Below are positions 49,348 to 61,274 of a stretch of DNA of 64,000 bases, one piece after another. The position numbers were made by a program, and so were the translations under genes. The stretch is from contig VJWM01000179.1 of assembly GCA_010909165.1 (NCBI GenBank), positions 248,001 to 312,000 of the forward strand, in the 5' to 3' direction. Source of the stretch: Anthoceros angustus. Lineage: Eukaryota; Plantae; Anthocerotophyta. Under the pieces are notes generated by a model. It did no database searches. It saw nothing but the letters and a program-made list of their open reading frames with translations, and was not told the origin of the DNA. The stretch's first letter is position 1. Every line of letters starts with the position of its first letter.

Positions 49348-50526
49348 CTAGTATTGGATGTCCACAATCGGAGTAAGAACCTCGACATCAATCGGCCGTG
49401 CCAGGGCATGTGGGGCGAACTTAAATGCAAATGCATTTCCGGCCAGAATTGTAGATCCTCTGCGTCCAGCGATACAATGGCATGTCTGGACGATCAAGTC
49501 GCAAGCATCAAGAACCTGGTGCTTTGCTTCTTCATTCAGGCCCACCGTGGAATAGCACACTAAGTGCTCTGTCCGATTGTAAGTAAAAGGCAGCCTCTCA
49601 GCATGCCCAGCACAAACCAAAACATCCATGGCCTTCTTCATGATCTTCACTGAGCTGATGGGCTTGCAAGTGACACGCAAAACAGAGCGCATGGCGCCAT
49701 CAGGTCCAGTCCACAAGCTGAGCCGCTTCTTGTCCCAAGGAGGACCCACGCAGCGCGTTTGAACAAGCCGGCCCCATTCAGAATTCCTCAGGTTGTCGAA
49801 CTCTGCTTCGATGTCATCTCTCAGAGTAGGAAGGGCGTCACCCGATGCGCCCGCCTGTGCTTGAGGTGGATCAAACGCGGTTCCCGCCTCCACACGTAGC
49901 ACGCCGAACTTCCCGAGAGCAAGACTGACAAAAAAGGCGTGTCGTAGGAGTTCCAATCTCCACAACAACCGAGACGTTCAGCAAAAACGTGACAGTCCTC
50001 ATCTCCTCCACAATGTCAACCACATGCGCACCCAGCTCCTTAGCGCGTGACAGCATGCCAGGCCCCAGTCGGTTCGCACAGGCAACCCACCAATTCTTTA
50101 CGTCCCAGTGATGGAGTTCCCGTCTCAATGGTAAAGGGCCTCCGTCGTGCACAGCAAGGCGGGCGATGTCGTAATCCTCTCCAAAGCATTCAAGCTCGGT
50201 GCTCGCCACTTGCATCACCCATCGTCCAGAGCCCGGAGTCCAAATGTCGGGAACATCGACCTCTGCAGTTCGGTATGCCTTGCGCAAACATAATCCCCAG
50301 ATGCGAGGGCGGGAGCATGATCCCAGATCCACACCTCTTGGGCATTGGGGCGTGAAGTTGCCAACACCGTGCGCCGTCGTCTCACATTACGCTCGGGTTC
50401 CACAGAGGGCGCAGAGTCATTTCCGCTAGTGTCCATCGGCTCGGAGTTCGTGCCTCCGGCAAAGCCCACGTACACGTTTTCTTCATTCGCTGCGCTCCCC
50501 TCGACTATGCCCCCGCTGTTAGCCAT
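49348..50526 (-). CDS. Unknown CACTA accessory protein (three overlapping ORF segments, spliced or frameshifted)
   Basis: ATG at 50526; a possible 56-bp intron at 50279-50334 links ORFs 50215-50526 and 49871-50332. The C-terminal segment 49348-49810 is homologous to the pseudogene at 3018-3483. Confidence 0.55.
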
Positions 50527-53500
50527 GTTTGCAACACCACAGCTGCGCCCGCTGTGGAGTGTGAATTTGTGTCTAGGAACACTGTGAGGTCCACATTCAC
50601 CCTCAATATCGTTGTAGTCCTGGGATTTGCTCCCAAGGGAATGGTTTGTGCCAAGAGACGCTAACTTCTATCGCTACTGGCCTTCGCCTAAGTCAGGACT
50701 CTCCTGCTATTACCCTTCTTACCTATCTACTCGACTACTACTACTCCCCACTACCCCAGATCTCATTCTCCGACCACAGATCTTATTCCACGACCGTCGT
50801 TCCCGAGATTTGGATTTGGTATGTATCTTCCAAGCACACCTCTTCCTCGTCAACCTCGTATCCCAGCAGTTGCACCTTCGTTTGGGGACAGTTCGACTTC
50901 GAGTGTCCCTGCTGTCCGCAGGTTGAGCAGAAGAGATTCAGCAGCTCAGGCAACTCTCCTCCTATCGTGGTCTTTAATGGCATTAAGATGGAGTTTCTCC
51001 AATTTGGCCATCATTTCCTCCATCTTGTTCCCTTGTTGCTCCACCTTTTTGGCTGCTGTTTCCACCTCTCTCCTCACCTGCTCCGCGTCCTTCCTTGCAT
51101 ATACCAGCTCCTTCCCTCTGGCACGGCATCTTCTTTCCCACTCATTTCTTACCCCCTTCTTTTTTTCCCTTCGGCCGCCCTCATCTTCTGACGAATCTTC
51201 CTCCGAATCTTGACTGGTCTCTTCTTCCGTGGAGCTATTCAAGGAGTCTGCTGAGGAGCTATCTTCCTCCGTGGAATTGTCTTCAGAGGATAAGGAGACA
51301 TTGTCTTCTTCTTCTTGGATTTCTTCTTGTCCTTCCGTGCGCCCTTGTTTGATTTCTTCTGCGCTTCCGCATTGGATTCCTCATAATTCAAGGCAGCTTT
51401 GATTGCTCGATCCAAATCTTTCTCAGCCTGGAGCCGTACATGCTTCCCCATCTCCGTACCCAGGCCTCTTGCAAACCAACGGATTGCCATTAACTCTGAG
51501 TGAGGACCAGCACGATCCCGCAGGCTGTGGAACCTTTCCACATAAGCCTGCAGGGTCTCCTTCTTCCCTCTCCGCAATCCCTCGAGTTTGACAGACATAT
51601 CCTTCCACATCGACTCCTAAACCTTTCGCAAAAGCTCTTCAAGGCCCCAAAGGGTGGTGGGGTGTGGAAGAAGCTATATACTCGCTTGTACCACTTGGCC
51701 ACGCCCGTAAGACCCCATAAAGCAGTTGGGCACGCGTTGCGCATCCTCACGATTGGCAAGCGTCAAAACGCCGACAAACTCGCTGTGATCCTCGTGGCCC
51801 TTCTTCTCTCCATACAATGTAAGATTGCTTAGTAGTAACAAGCACCGAGTAGTAGTCATAACTACCGGGTAGTACTTTCAATGAGTGCGGTAGTTGACGC
51901 AACCACTACGTTTGGGTAGCCTCCACGTCCACAGTTTGACTGGATCAGATCTAGGCAATTTGGAACGGAGATCAAAAGGCAAGGTAGGATCGGGATACCG
52001 GCCCTTGTACCTCTTCCGTAGCCATGTTTGCAACACCACAGCTGCGCCCGCTGTGGAGTGTGAATTTGTGTCTAGGAACACTGTGAGGTCCACATTCACC
52101 CTCAATATCGTTGTAGTCCTGGGATTTGCTCCCAAGGGAATGGTTTGTGCCAAGAGACGCTAACTTCTATCGCCATCGGCCTTCGCCTAAGTCGACTCTC
52201 CTGCTATTACCCTTCTTACCTATCTACTCGACTACTACTACTCCCCACTACCCCGGATCTCATTCTCCGACCACGATCTTATTCCACGACCGTCGTTCGA
52301 GATTTGGATTTGGTATGTATCTTCCAAGCACCTCTTCCTCGTCAACCTCGTGATCCAAATAGTTGCACCTTCGTTTGGGGACAGTTCGACTTCGAGTGTC
52401 CCTGCTGTCCGCAGGTTGAGCAGAAGAGATTCGCCCGCGCTCCTGTAGCAACTCTCCTCCTATCGTGGTCTTTAATGGCATTAAGATGGAGTTTCTCCAA
52501 TTTGGCCATCATTTCCTCCATCTTGTTCCCTTGTTGCTCCACCTTTTTGGCTGCTGTTTCCACCTCTCTCCTCACCGCCTGCCCTTCCTTGCATATACCA
52601 GCTCCTTCCTCCGCACGCATCTTCTTTCCCACTCATTTCTTACCCCCTTCTTTTTTTCCCTTCGGCCGCCCTCATCTTCTGACGAATCTTCCTCCGAATC
52701 TTGACTGGTCTCTTCTTCCGTGGAGCTATTCAAGGAGTCTGCTGAGGAGCTATCTTCCTCCGTGGAATTGTCTTGAGGATAAGGAGACATTGTCTTCTTC
52801 TTCTTCTTCTTCTTGTCCTTCCGCCCTTGTTTGATTTCTTCAAGGCCCGCATTGGATTCCTCATAATTCAAGGCAGCTTTGATTGCTCGATCCAAATCTT
52901 TCTCAGCCTGGAGCCGTACATGCTTCCCCATCTCCGTGCCCAGACCTCTTGCAAACCAACGGATTGCCATTAACTCTGAGTGAGGACCAGCACGATCCCG
53001 TAGGCTGTGGAACCTTTCCACATAAGCCTGCAGGGTCTCCTTCTTCCCTCTCCGCAATCCCTCGAGTTTGGACAGGACATATCCTTCCACATCGACTCCC
53101 CTAAACCTTTCGCAAAAAGCTCTCTTCAAGGCCCCAAAGGGTGGCTGGGGGTGTGGAAGAAGCTATATACTCTCGTTTGTACCACTTGGCCACCGCTCCG
53201 CGTAAGACCCCATAAAACAGTTGGGCACGTTGCGCATCCTCCTGATTGGCAAGCGTCAGCTGCTCAAAACGCTCGACAAACTCGTCAGGATCCTCGTGGC
53301 CCTTCTTCTCTCCATACAACAGGTAAGATTGCTTAGTAGTAACAAGCACCGGAGTAGTAGTCATAACTACCGGGGTAGTACTTTCAATGAGTGCGGTAGT
53401 TGACGCAACCACTACGTTTGGACTGGCCTCCACGTCCACGAAGTTTGACTGGACTGTAGATGATCTAGGCAATTTGGAACGGAGATCAAAAGGCAAGGTA

Positions 53501-53538
53501 GGATCGGGATACCTGGGCCCTTGTACCTCTTCCGTAGC
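50521..53538. repeat. About 1.5-kb tandem duplication covering flank, 3' LTR and most of gag
   Basis: agccatgtttgcaacaccacagctgcgcccgctgtggag starts at 50521 and 52020 (period 1499); junction microhomology TAGCC. Confidence 0.9.
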
Positions 53539-54693
53539 CGAGAGTTGGGAATCTGAGTCGGATGGGGTCCGACCCCTGATTCCAAGTCGACTCCCTGTTC
53601 CTCTTCCTTGTCCAGCAGGTGTAACCTCCCCCTGCGCCCTCCTCGTGACTCTCTGCAACCTTTCCGCTGCTTGGCGTTGTCGCTTTACCAAAAGCGTTTC
53701 CCCACAGTCAGACCCAGAGTCGCTTGTCTTCACCCGAGGCATCCATCTATTAACCTAGTAATGCTAGACTCTATTGTGGCTATGGTTAGTTCTACCTATG
53801 TCCTTGACAGCGATTTCATTCCCCGGCAACGGCGGCAAAATGTGGAGTGTGAATTTATGTCTAGGAACACTGTGAGGTCCACATTCATCCTCAATATCAT
53901 TGTAGTCCTGGGATTCGCTCCCAAGGGAATGGTTTGTGCCAAGAGACGCTAACTTCTATCGCTACTGGCCTTCGCCTAAGTCAGGACTCTCCTGCTATTA
54001 CCCTTCTTACCTATCTACTCGACTACTACTACTCCCCACTACCCCATATCTCATTCTCCGACCACAGATCTTATTCCACGACCGTCGTTCCCGAGCTACT
54101 ACCGCGGTGACCCTCACCACTACCGGGTAGTTGCTTCGACTACCGAGGTGGGTCCCACGCCAAACCCTAGCGAATTATTTGCGGCGCAAGGCGCGGATCT
54201 CGCCACGGCGGCCATCACGCATGATCGACTTTATGCACTCCACACTTCATGCACACACACACACCGATTCCTAGGGACCAAAGTTCCACAGATCCCTCTC
54301 AACCGCTTCACGCACACACAAAGGGCGCCACCCTCACACAATTCCAGAAGGAATGATATTTCCTCTTGTGCACACTTCCACGAATAGCACCGGTTTGGAT
54401 TCTCTTTGATCCACACAATCCCCACTGTTAGTCACTCAATTAGTTCCCCTTCTCAACTCCTCCTCACAGCCTCACACCTCGCATCGCGTACAGTGCTCAG
54501 CCACTCCTTCACCCACTCTTCCTTCTCCTCCACGATTCGCTTCTTCCAATTCTCTCTCTCTCTCGATACGCTCTCAGGCTTCCAACCACACACCCACATA
54601 CACTCTTAATTTCGGAACACAACCAGCAGGAAGAAGGGTAAGGGAAGGAAGAATTTTCGGGCGTCACAGTAGGCCTTACGAGCAAGCTCCAGA
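50553..54693 (-). mobile_element. Athila/Tat-like Gypsy deletion derivative (gag only) with 5-bp TSD CCCGC
   Basis: CCCGC at 50548-50552 and 54694-54698. 5' LTR at 53841-54693 (TGTGGAG...CTCCAGA). PBS-like TTTTGCCGCCGTTGCCGGGGA on the minus strand at about 53820-53840. Gag motifs EDPDEFVERFE and ETLQAYVERF, zinc knuckle CSTCGQQGHSKSNC. Truncated 3' LTR copies at 50553-50807 and 52052-52300. Confidence 0.85.
52300..53742 (-). pseudogene. gag: Retrotransposon gag (frameshifted) with CCHC zinc knuckle
   Basis: ORFs 53101-53742, 52572-53129 and 52342-52632 together give a capsid-like region, an acidic linker, a coiled coil and Cx2Cx4Hx4C. Confidence 0.8.
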
Positions 54694-55050
54694 CCCGCCC
54701 CGCGCCAATCCCTCGATTTCCTCCTCCTTTGTCGGTGAGCGCCACTCACCCCTCTCCACTAAGCTGGAGCAAGCTCTCGACCACCCCTAGGAGCTGCCTC
54801 GCACCCCACCTCTCAATCGGACGTCTCCAACCAGCCAGGCGGGATCTCAACCAGAATTATCTCATGAGAGGCATAATTCGCCCCTCTTATACATTGGCTG
54901 GGGCGTCATGCCTCCAGATTTTCAGGTCCTAAAGATGGCTATCGTGAAGGGACGCGCCTACAATTCGGAGCGATCTTAGGGAGTCACAAGCTGCTACCTG
55001 AAGCAACCAGAATTTGCTGCGAGGCCAAATCACTACTTGGTAGCGATCAC

Positions 55051-55700
55051 GTGGACGAGGAAGTCATTTTTGGAGGTGTTGGAGGGGACACAAAGAGCAC
55101 CTTTCACAAGCGGATCACAGAACTGATTCACTCAAGGTGCACTGTCTTGAAGCCATGGTCGAAGCACACAGCTGAGTTTCGCGCAGAACTTGTGGATGTT
55201 GTGCAGAGGACTTGTCCAAGTGTCACGAACCGGGACTTCATCAACCACCAGTTCTCTTTCTCTTCCAGGCAGTGGAATTTCCAGGTTTTGAAGCGCGTGA
55301 AGGTGGCGGCCGCTCAATTGCGAGAGTATGGGAGAGTGTTGGACCCTGATATCAGACTAGGGTCTGTGGGTATCGATGCGTGGCAGGAGGCAGTGGAGTT
55401 TGGAGTGCGAGAGCTTGCAAGGGGTGAAGGTGTGTGGCCTCGCCTACAGCAGGCCACAGCCACAAAGACGCGCATGGGTAAGTATAAGGGTGCAGGATGC
55501 AACCCTTTTGGGCGTGGAGGAGCAAGAGGCCTCCCCAAGGCTTTTCAAATGAAGTGGGGTCGGATCCCCACTGCAGAGAAAGATTGGCTCGCGACACATG
55601 AGGTCGAGGAGATGCCTACATTCTGGGCTGAAAACGAAAAAGGTGGCAATGGACATGCTGGAGATGGCCCCGCAGGTATGATGTTAGGCCGACCCATTGG
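55051..55700 (+). CDS. CACTA-associated TnpA-like (Ptta/En/Spm-type) ORF, copy 1
   Basis: Long ORF with PWSK...WQEAV...GRGG...FQMKWGRIPT...ATH, paralogous to 57996-58840. The family assignment is by motif resemblance only, and the boundaries are uncertain. Confidence 0.45.
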
Positions 55701-57676
55701 GTCTGCGTCACGCCCACAAGCTCAGCATAAAGACTTGACCGAGTGCATGATAGTTGTGCAGGTTGCGTCCGAACAGATGATGGACTTACGGCCACGAGGA
55801 GCGCAACACCTTCTGGTGGGCGAAGAGAACCTGATGACCTCCGCTTGGAGGACGTCTTGCTCGTGCCAGCGACACAGGGCACACCTTCACCTCAACCTGC
55901 AACCTCAAACAGAAGAGTGACCCGGAGCCTGGCTCGGCAGTCGGTCAAATTTGAGTGAAATTGTTGTACCAGAATGCTTGCTATACCAACCGAGGGACAT
56001 GGTCCCATCTATAGTCTGGGAACTAACAAACGCTTTTTTTTCAGAATGGCACAGATGGGACATTCTCACAAGCAACTCTTCACAGCGAGGAACCCGGATG
56101 TAGCACACGTGGGCACACAGTTAGGCATCAGTCCCAATATGTCTGTGGATTTGTGGAGGAATGATGCATGGTATGGGACTGCCATTGATTCCTTCTATGG
56201 ATGCAGGGTAAAACCAAGGCTCCTCCAAGGAGGAGGTTGTTGAATGGACCTCGTCAGCGGGATGAGCCGAACGAGGGTTGCTCAGGAAAACTGAAGCGAC
56301 GGAAAACCAAAGATCCTCCGATCTCAGCTGAACGGTACGCGGGTGAATCTTGAGGTCCATTATAGACAATGTGGCTTCTGGCAGTGATTGGGCTACCCAA
56401 ACAATGATTTGCAGACTGGTTGAAGCCATGTCAGCCCTGGTTGCCCCACGCACAAATGGGGTGCCTTCTGGAGTCAAGTATCTTGATAAGTGAGTTGAAC
56501 ACACTGACGTAAAATTTGATTGTACCAGAATGTCGAGGTGATTTTGTTTCTGGTGACTTCAATAACCCAATTCATCATTACCGTGATGGGAAGCCGATAA
56601 TTAAATTCCAAGCTGGTAATGTTATAATTGTTGGGAAAACCATTTTCAACGGACAGTAAAAATAGAGGATTAAAACCAGTTACCTTATTGGTAAAGTAAG
56701 TATTTCCCACTCAAGTAAATTACACGTTTGCTTTTTGAATTTTGAACTGGACAGCAACTATCAAGTAAGTGCTGACCGGTTCATCTACCTGGCAGTACGA
56801 CGTCATAGTCTGACAAATTTGACAGACTGACATACGCGGACACCAAAGTGTGACCTATTGCGTGCACGGTCCGCATTCTGCAAGCGCATCCACTGGTTCA
56901 CTACTAGGAACCAGGTGGGTATGTCACGTTTTTTTGTAACATATATATGTCCTATTGTTACATTATAATGTCCATTGTAACGGTTCTGGTTCGGTCCCCC
57001 GAGCCAGCGAAATCGTTACAATTAAATTGTTAGAAGGCGATTCGTTGTAACGTTTCTGGTTCGGGGCAGGGTTGGGCCTCGGGTTTAGGGTTTACATGGA
57101 TTAAGTGGGGATTCGTTTGGCCGCTTCTGACATGAAGGGGGCGTGCGCACACATTTATGTGCCGCACGCCACCCCCCGATGATGCGGGCGCATCGGATGC
57201 CCTTTATGGATGCCCTTTATGCCCGCCACTTATTTTTCGACCCACCGTACACCGCCGATTTATCGTGGAAACATATTGACGTATTTGAATGTATGGGGAT
57301 TGTATGTACGACGATGGTGTGTATTGTTCGTATTTGGCATACAACATGTAGAATAAAAGCATTAATTCCAGAGCATTTGTAAATCGTTGTATCATGTTTT
57401 ATGGCCAGACAGAGGCCCATGCACCATAAGCCATATGCATATGACTATCTAATCGTACTCATGAGGGTATTTGACGGCTTTGTCGCTCGGATGCGTTATG
57501 CCTTTGGCCTTTTCCGCCGCGACCTTCTACACATCGGTGCTGCGTTTCGCTCGGCCGTCTTTTCTGTGCATGATCCCCGGCTTTGCGAAGGAGGGTTCTC
57601 CCCTGCATACAGACACCAAACACTGACGATGATGCAGCATACCGAAACAAGAAAGTGACCAACATCAACACCAATC

Positions 57677-58900
57677 TTACACAAGAAACCGATGACCCGC
57701 TTGCTTTTCCCCGACGCCTTTTCCTTTCGTGAAGCTGCCACAGCCCTTGTTACTCGGACTTCCATATGTGGGGCCACCCCTTTCCTCGTGGCGAATTTCC
57801 CCTTCCTTGCGGTTTTGGGCCGTCACTGACCTCGGTTCTTCCTGGAATTGTGCAATTTCATCGTCCGAGTCACTCCCATCATCAACCAACCTACCTCCAT
57901 CTCCTGCGCCGTCTTCCTCATGACCCTCCTCTTCTTCAGTCTCGGCTTCCCCTGCGTTCTCGTCCTCCTTGTCCTCTTCCTCATTGTCCTCTTCCTCATC
58001 CTCTTCTTCCACTTCTCTTTCCCCTTCTTGCCCATCTTCCCCTCGCATCCCCATTCTCGCCATCGCATTGTCGTCCTCGGATCGTGCCACTTGACATATG
58101 GTCCTCAAACACACCATTACCTCCTTCTTGATCCTCCTCCCCGCTATCATCGTCACCTTCGTCCGCCACATGTTCCCGCCGGTCCGATCTCGTATATCCC
58201 TGTCGATGTTTGGCAGGGTCATATTTCCGCTTCCTTCCCTCCTTCTTAGCTTTGCACGCAGCGAGAAATCCTTCCACTGACCCTCCAGCCTCCTGCACAG
58301 CCCACAGTTTGGTTATGTTTTTCATAGGACGGAGAGCCCCAAATTCAAGCTCCTCAGTCGTTGGATCCCTCCCATGCTTCTGCTGGAACTTGTAGATCCA
58401 TCCCTTCTTCCCACAACGGCCATACTGGTTAGGCCCCTCGCCATCCGCCTTCTTGAGTCTTGCCTTTGCAGCTAGTTGAGCTTTGGAGGGCAAAAAGTTG
58501 CCATGTTGTCAAAGTTCAACCCGTGCCCATGTAAGCACCTCTTGCCATACCTTGTCATCCGCCATGGGTGGCTTGAATTTTGAGGACCTGTTTCCCTGCA
58601 CCTGTTTTTCCTCTAAGGCACAAGCCTTGGTCTTACATACCGTTGGTTACTCCTTGTATGTTGGCTAAAAATGGGCAGCTGCCCTTCATCAAGTCCGGAA
58701 GCTGTGCCGACATCTTCGCATAATGTCTTCCTCCTCGACTTTGACAATTCGCTCCACCTACCGGTATCTCGTTGGTAGCCTTTGTCCGAATGAGTTCCAA
58801 GAATTCCTTGTGTCTTGAGCCGCTGCCCGAATAGCAACTCATTCACCTTGCCAACGCCTCCTGCCCCTCCTTCCACTTCCTCATCCCGGGAGGTTCGCGT
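57677..58900 (-). pseudogene. CACTA-associated TnpA-like ORF, copy 2, with stop/frameshifts and an acidic tail
   Basis: RWSEL...WQEVLTWARVEL*...GEGPNQYGRCGKKG...FQQKHGRDPT, followed by a Glu/Asp-rich tract at about 57900-58040. Confidence 0.5.
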
Positions 58901-59156
58901 TGCCACGGGTGCCATGGGCTGGGCCGCTCTCGAACCCACAACATTCCATGTTTTCTCACCAAACATCAGAGTGCGTGTTGTCCATGTGGTCAACAAGGTG
59001 GCCCATTCGCACGGCGAGCCTGCCCACCACCGCAACAAAGCTCCGACCCCAAGCATTATGCAATGCAGACGGTCAAGCGGGAGGTCGGATCGCGCATTTC
59101 CTTGACCTCCGCGAATCCCGCACTTCGTCGGGTGGGTATAGGGTGAGCGCGTGGTT

Positions 59157-60500
59157 GGCAAACTTCCGCCTTCTTCACCGGATGACAGTTGCATTGCCAT
59201 TTGCCCCGATAGTCCACGTCGAAATCGGGTACCGCGGAGCGCGGTTGTCATGGGCTTCTGGATCGGACACTCGCTTGGAATGAGACGGATCGCGTGGTCT
59301 TACCGTGTCCGGCAGGTGGGAACTCCATGGTGATCGGTGTATCCCCCACTCGCGTGCAAGTCACCGACCGAGATGGGAGGTTGAATTCCTCAAGGCCGCC
59401 ACCGCCATGTTCACGACCATTCGCCTCATGTTGCCGACCACCTTTAGTGACTTAGTGCGCCAACCATGTGTGGCTTACCGCCTAATTGGGTCGGAAGTAT
59501 GGAAGGCGCATCGGGTTACGACGACGATCATCTTGCCAGTGACCTGGTTTCTTCGCCACGTTGTTGAAATGACTTGCACCAGGAAAATTGGTCCATGGTA
59601 GGAGCCATCCGATGTCCCGGGCGGTGGCAAACTTCCGCCGTCTTCGCCTCCGGATGACCATTGCCATTTGCCCCGATAGTCCACGTCGAAATCGGGTACG
59701 GGCCGGATCGCTTCTCATGGGCTTTTGAATGAAATGAGGCGGATCGCGTGGTCTTACCGTGTCGCGTGTGGGAACTCCATGGTGATCGGTGTATCCCCCA
59801 CTCGCGTGCAAGTCGGTGCGGAGATGGGAGGTTGAATTCCTCAAGGCCGCCACACCGCCATGTTCACGCCATTCTCCTCATGTTGCCGACCACCTTTGAC
59901 TTAGTGCGCCAACCATGTGTGACTTACCGCCTAATTGGGTCGGAAGTATGGAAGGCGCATCGGGTTACGACGACGATCATCTTGCCAGTGACCTGGTTTC
60001 TTCGCCACGTTGTTGAAATGACTTGCACCAGGAAAATTGGTCCATGGTAGGAGCCATCCGATGTCCCGGGCGGTGGCAAACTTCCGCCGTCTTCGCCTCC
60101 GGATGACCATTGCCATTTGCCCCGATAGTCCACGTCGAAATCGGGTACGGGCCGGATCGCTTCTCATGGGCTTTTGAATGAAATGAGGCGGATCGCGTGG
60201 TCTTACCGTGTCGCGTGTGGGAACTCCATGGTGATCGGTGTATCCCCCACTCGCGTGCAAGTCGGTGCGGAGATGGGAGGTTGAATTCCTCAAGGCCGCC
60301 ACCGCCATGTTCACGCCATTCTCCTCATGTTGCCGACCACCTTTGACTTAGTGCGCCAACCATGTGTGACTTACCGCCTAATTGGGTCGGAAGTATGGAA
60401 GGCGTCTGGATTACGACAGACCGGTTGCATTAATTTGGTTTCTTCGCCACGTTGTTGAAATGACTTGCACCGGAAAATTGGTCCATGGTAGAGCCATCCT
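59157..60500. repeat. About 450-bp tandem repeat, 3 copies
   Basis: ggcaaacttccgcc at 59157, 59626 and 60075. Confidence 0.9.
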
Positions 60501-61274
60501 ACTCTCGGCGGTGGTGCGCAGATCTGCCGATAAGATTTGAGTGAAGTTGTGATGACATGTGATAAATGATCTGCCTTTCAAATAACCCTGCACAAAACCC
60601 CATGCACCCCGCTTCCTGCATGCAGACGGCGCGAGGGGTGGTCAAGGACACGCCATGTTGAGCGGTGGCGTGTATGTCTTGCTACACTTCAAGTAATCTC
60701 TTGTTATGGCATAACGGGTTCCGTTCGTTACAGCCCTGCACGTTACAGTTTCCATTGCGGGACATTTCTGAAATCTGTATTTTAGTTTCATTCCCTATAG
60801 CCACAAATTTCCACAACTCATATAACATATACTTTGCAAGGGAGGCAAATGCCTTCCCCTGAATCGGTGTCAAAGTAAAAAAGGTCACCGGCAACACTGG
60901 TCTGCAAGCTCAGCATGGTTGCAGTCATCGCCAAGCACCCACAACAAATCTACAATCTACAAAGCAACTTCTGTTCCAAATTGGATCCAATTCTCAGGCA
61001 TGTATGGACAATTCTTTTCTTGCCAGCCTCAAAGCTCCTTTGAGTTCTGTTGTTTCTTCAACCCGTTGTGCACGACGAGGAAGCGTGTCTCGATTCCGTA
61101 GAGGGGCGGCTCCGGAAACCCCAGCCTCCCACAACCCGAACAGTATTCGCCAATGTCGTCTGCCTCCGTCCATATATGAATACATTCAGCCTCCGTTTCA
61201 CCCCTGAATCCCCAGTCTTCGGTTATTCCCATTCGCATATGGCGGTGCTGGCAACTCCAGACATCCAAAGACAA

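Noticed and set aside
57079-57095. Telomere-like GGGTTTAGGGTTT
   Set aside because: Under two units; at most a telo-box, not an interstitial telomere.
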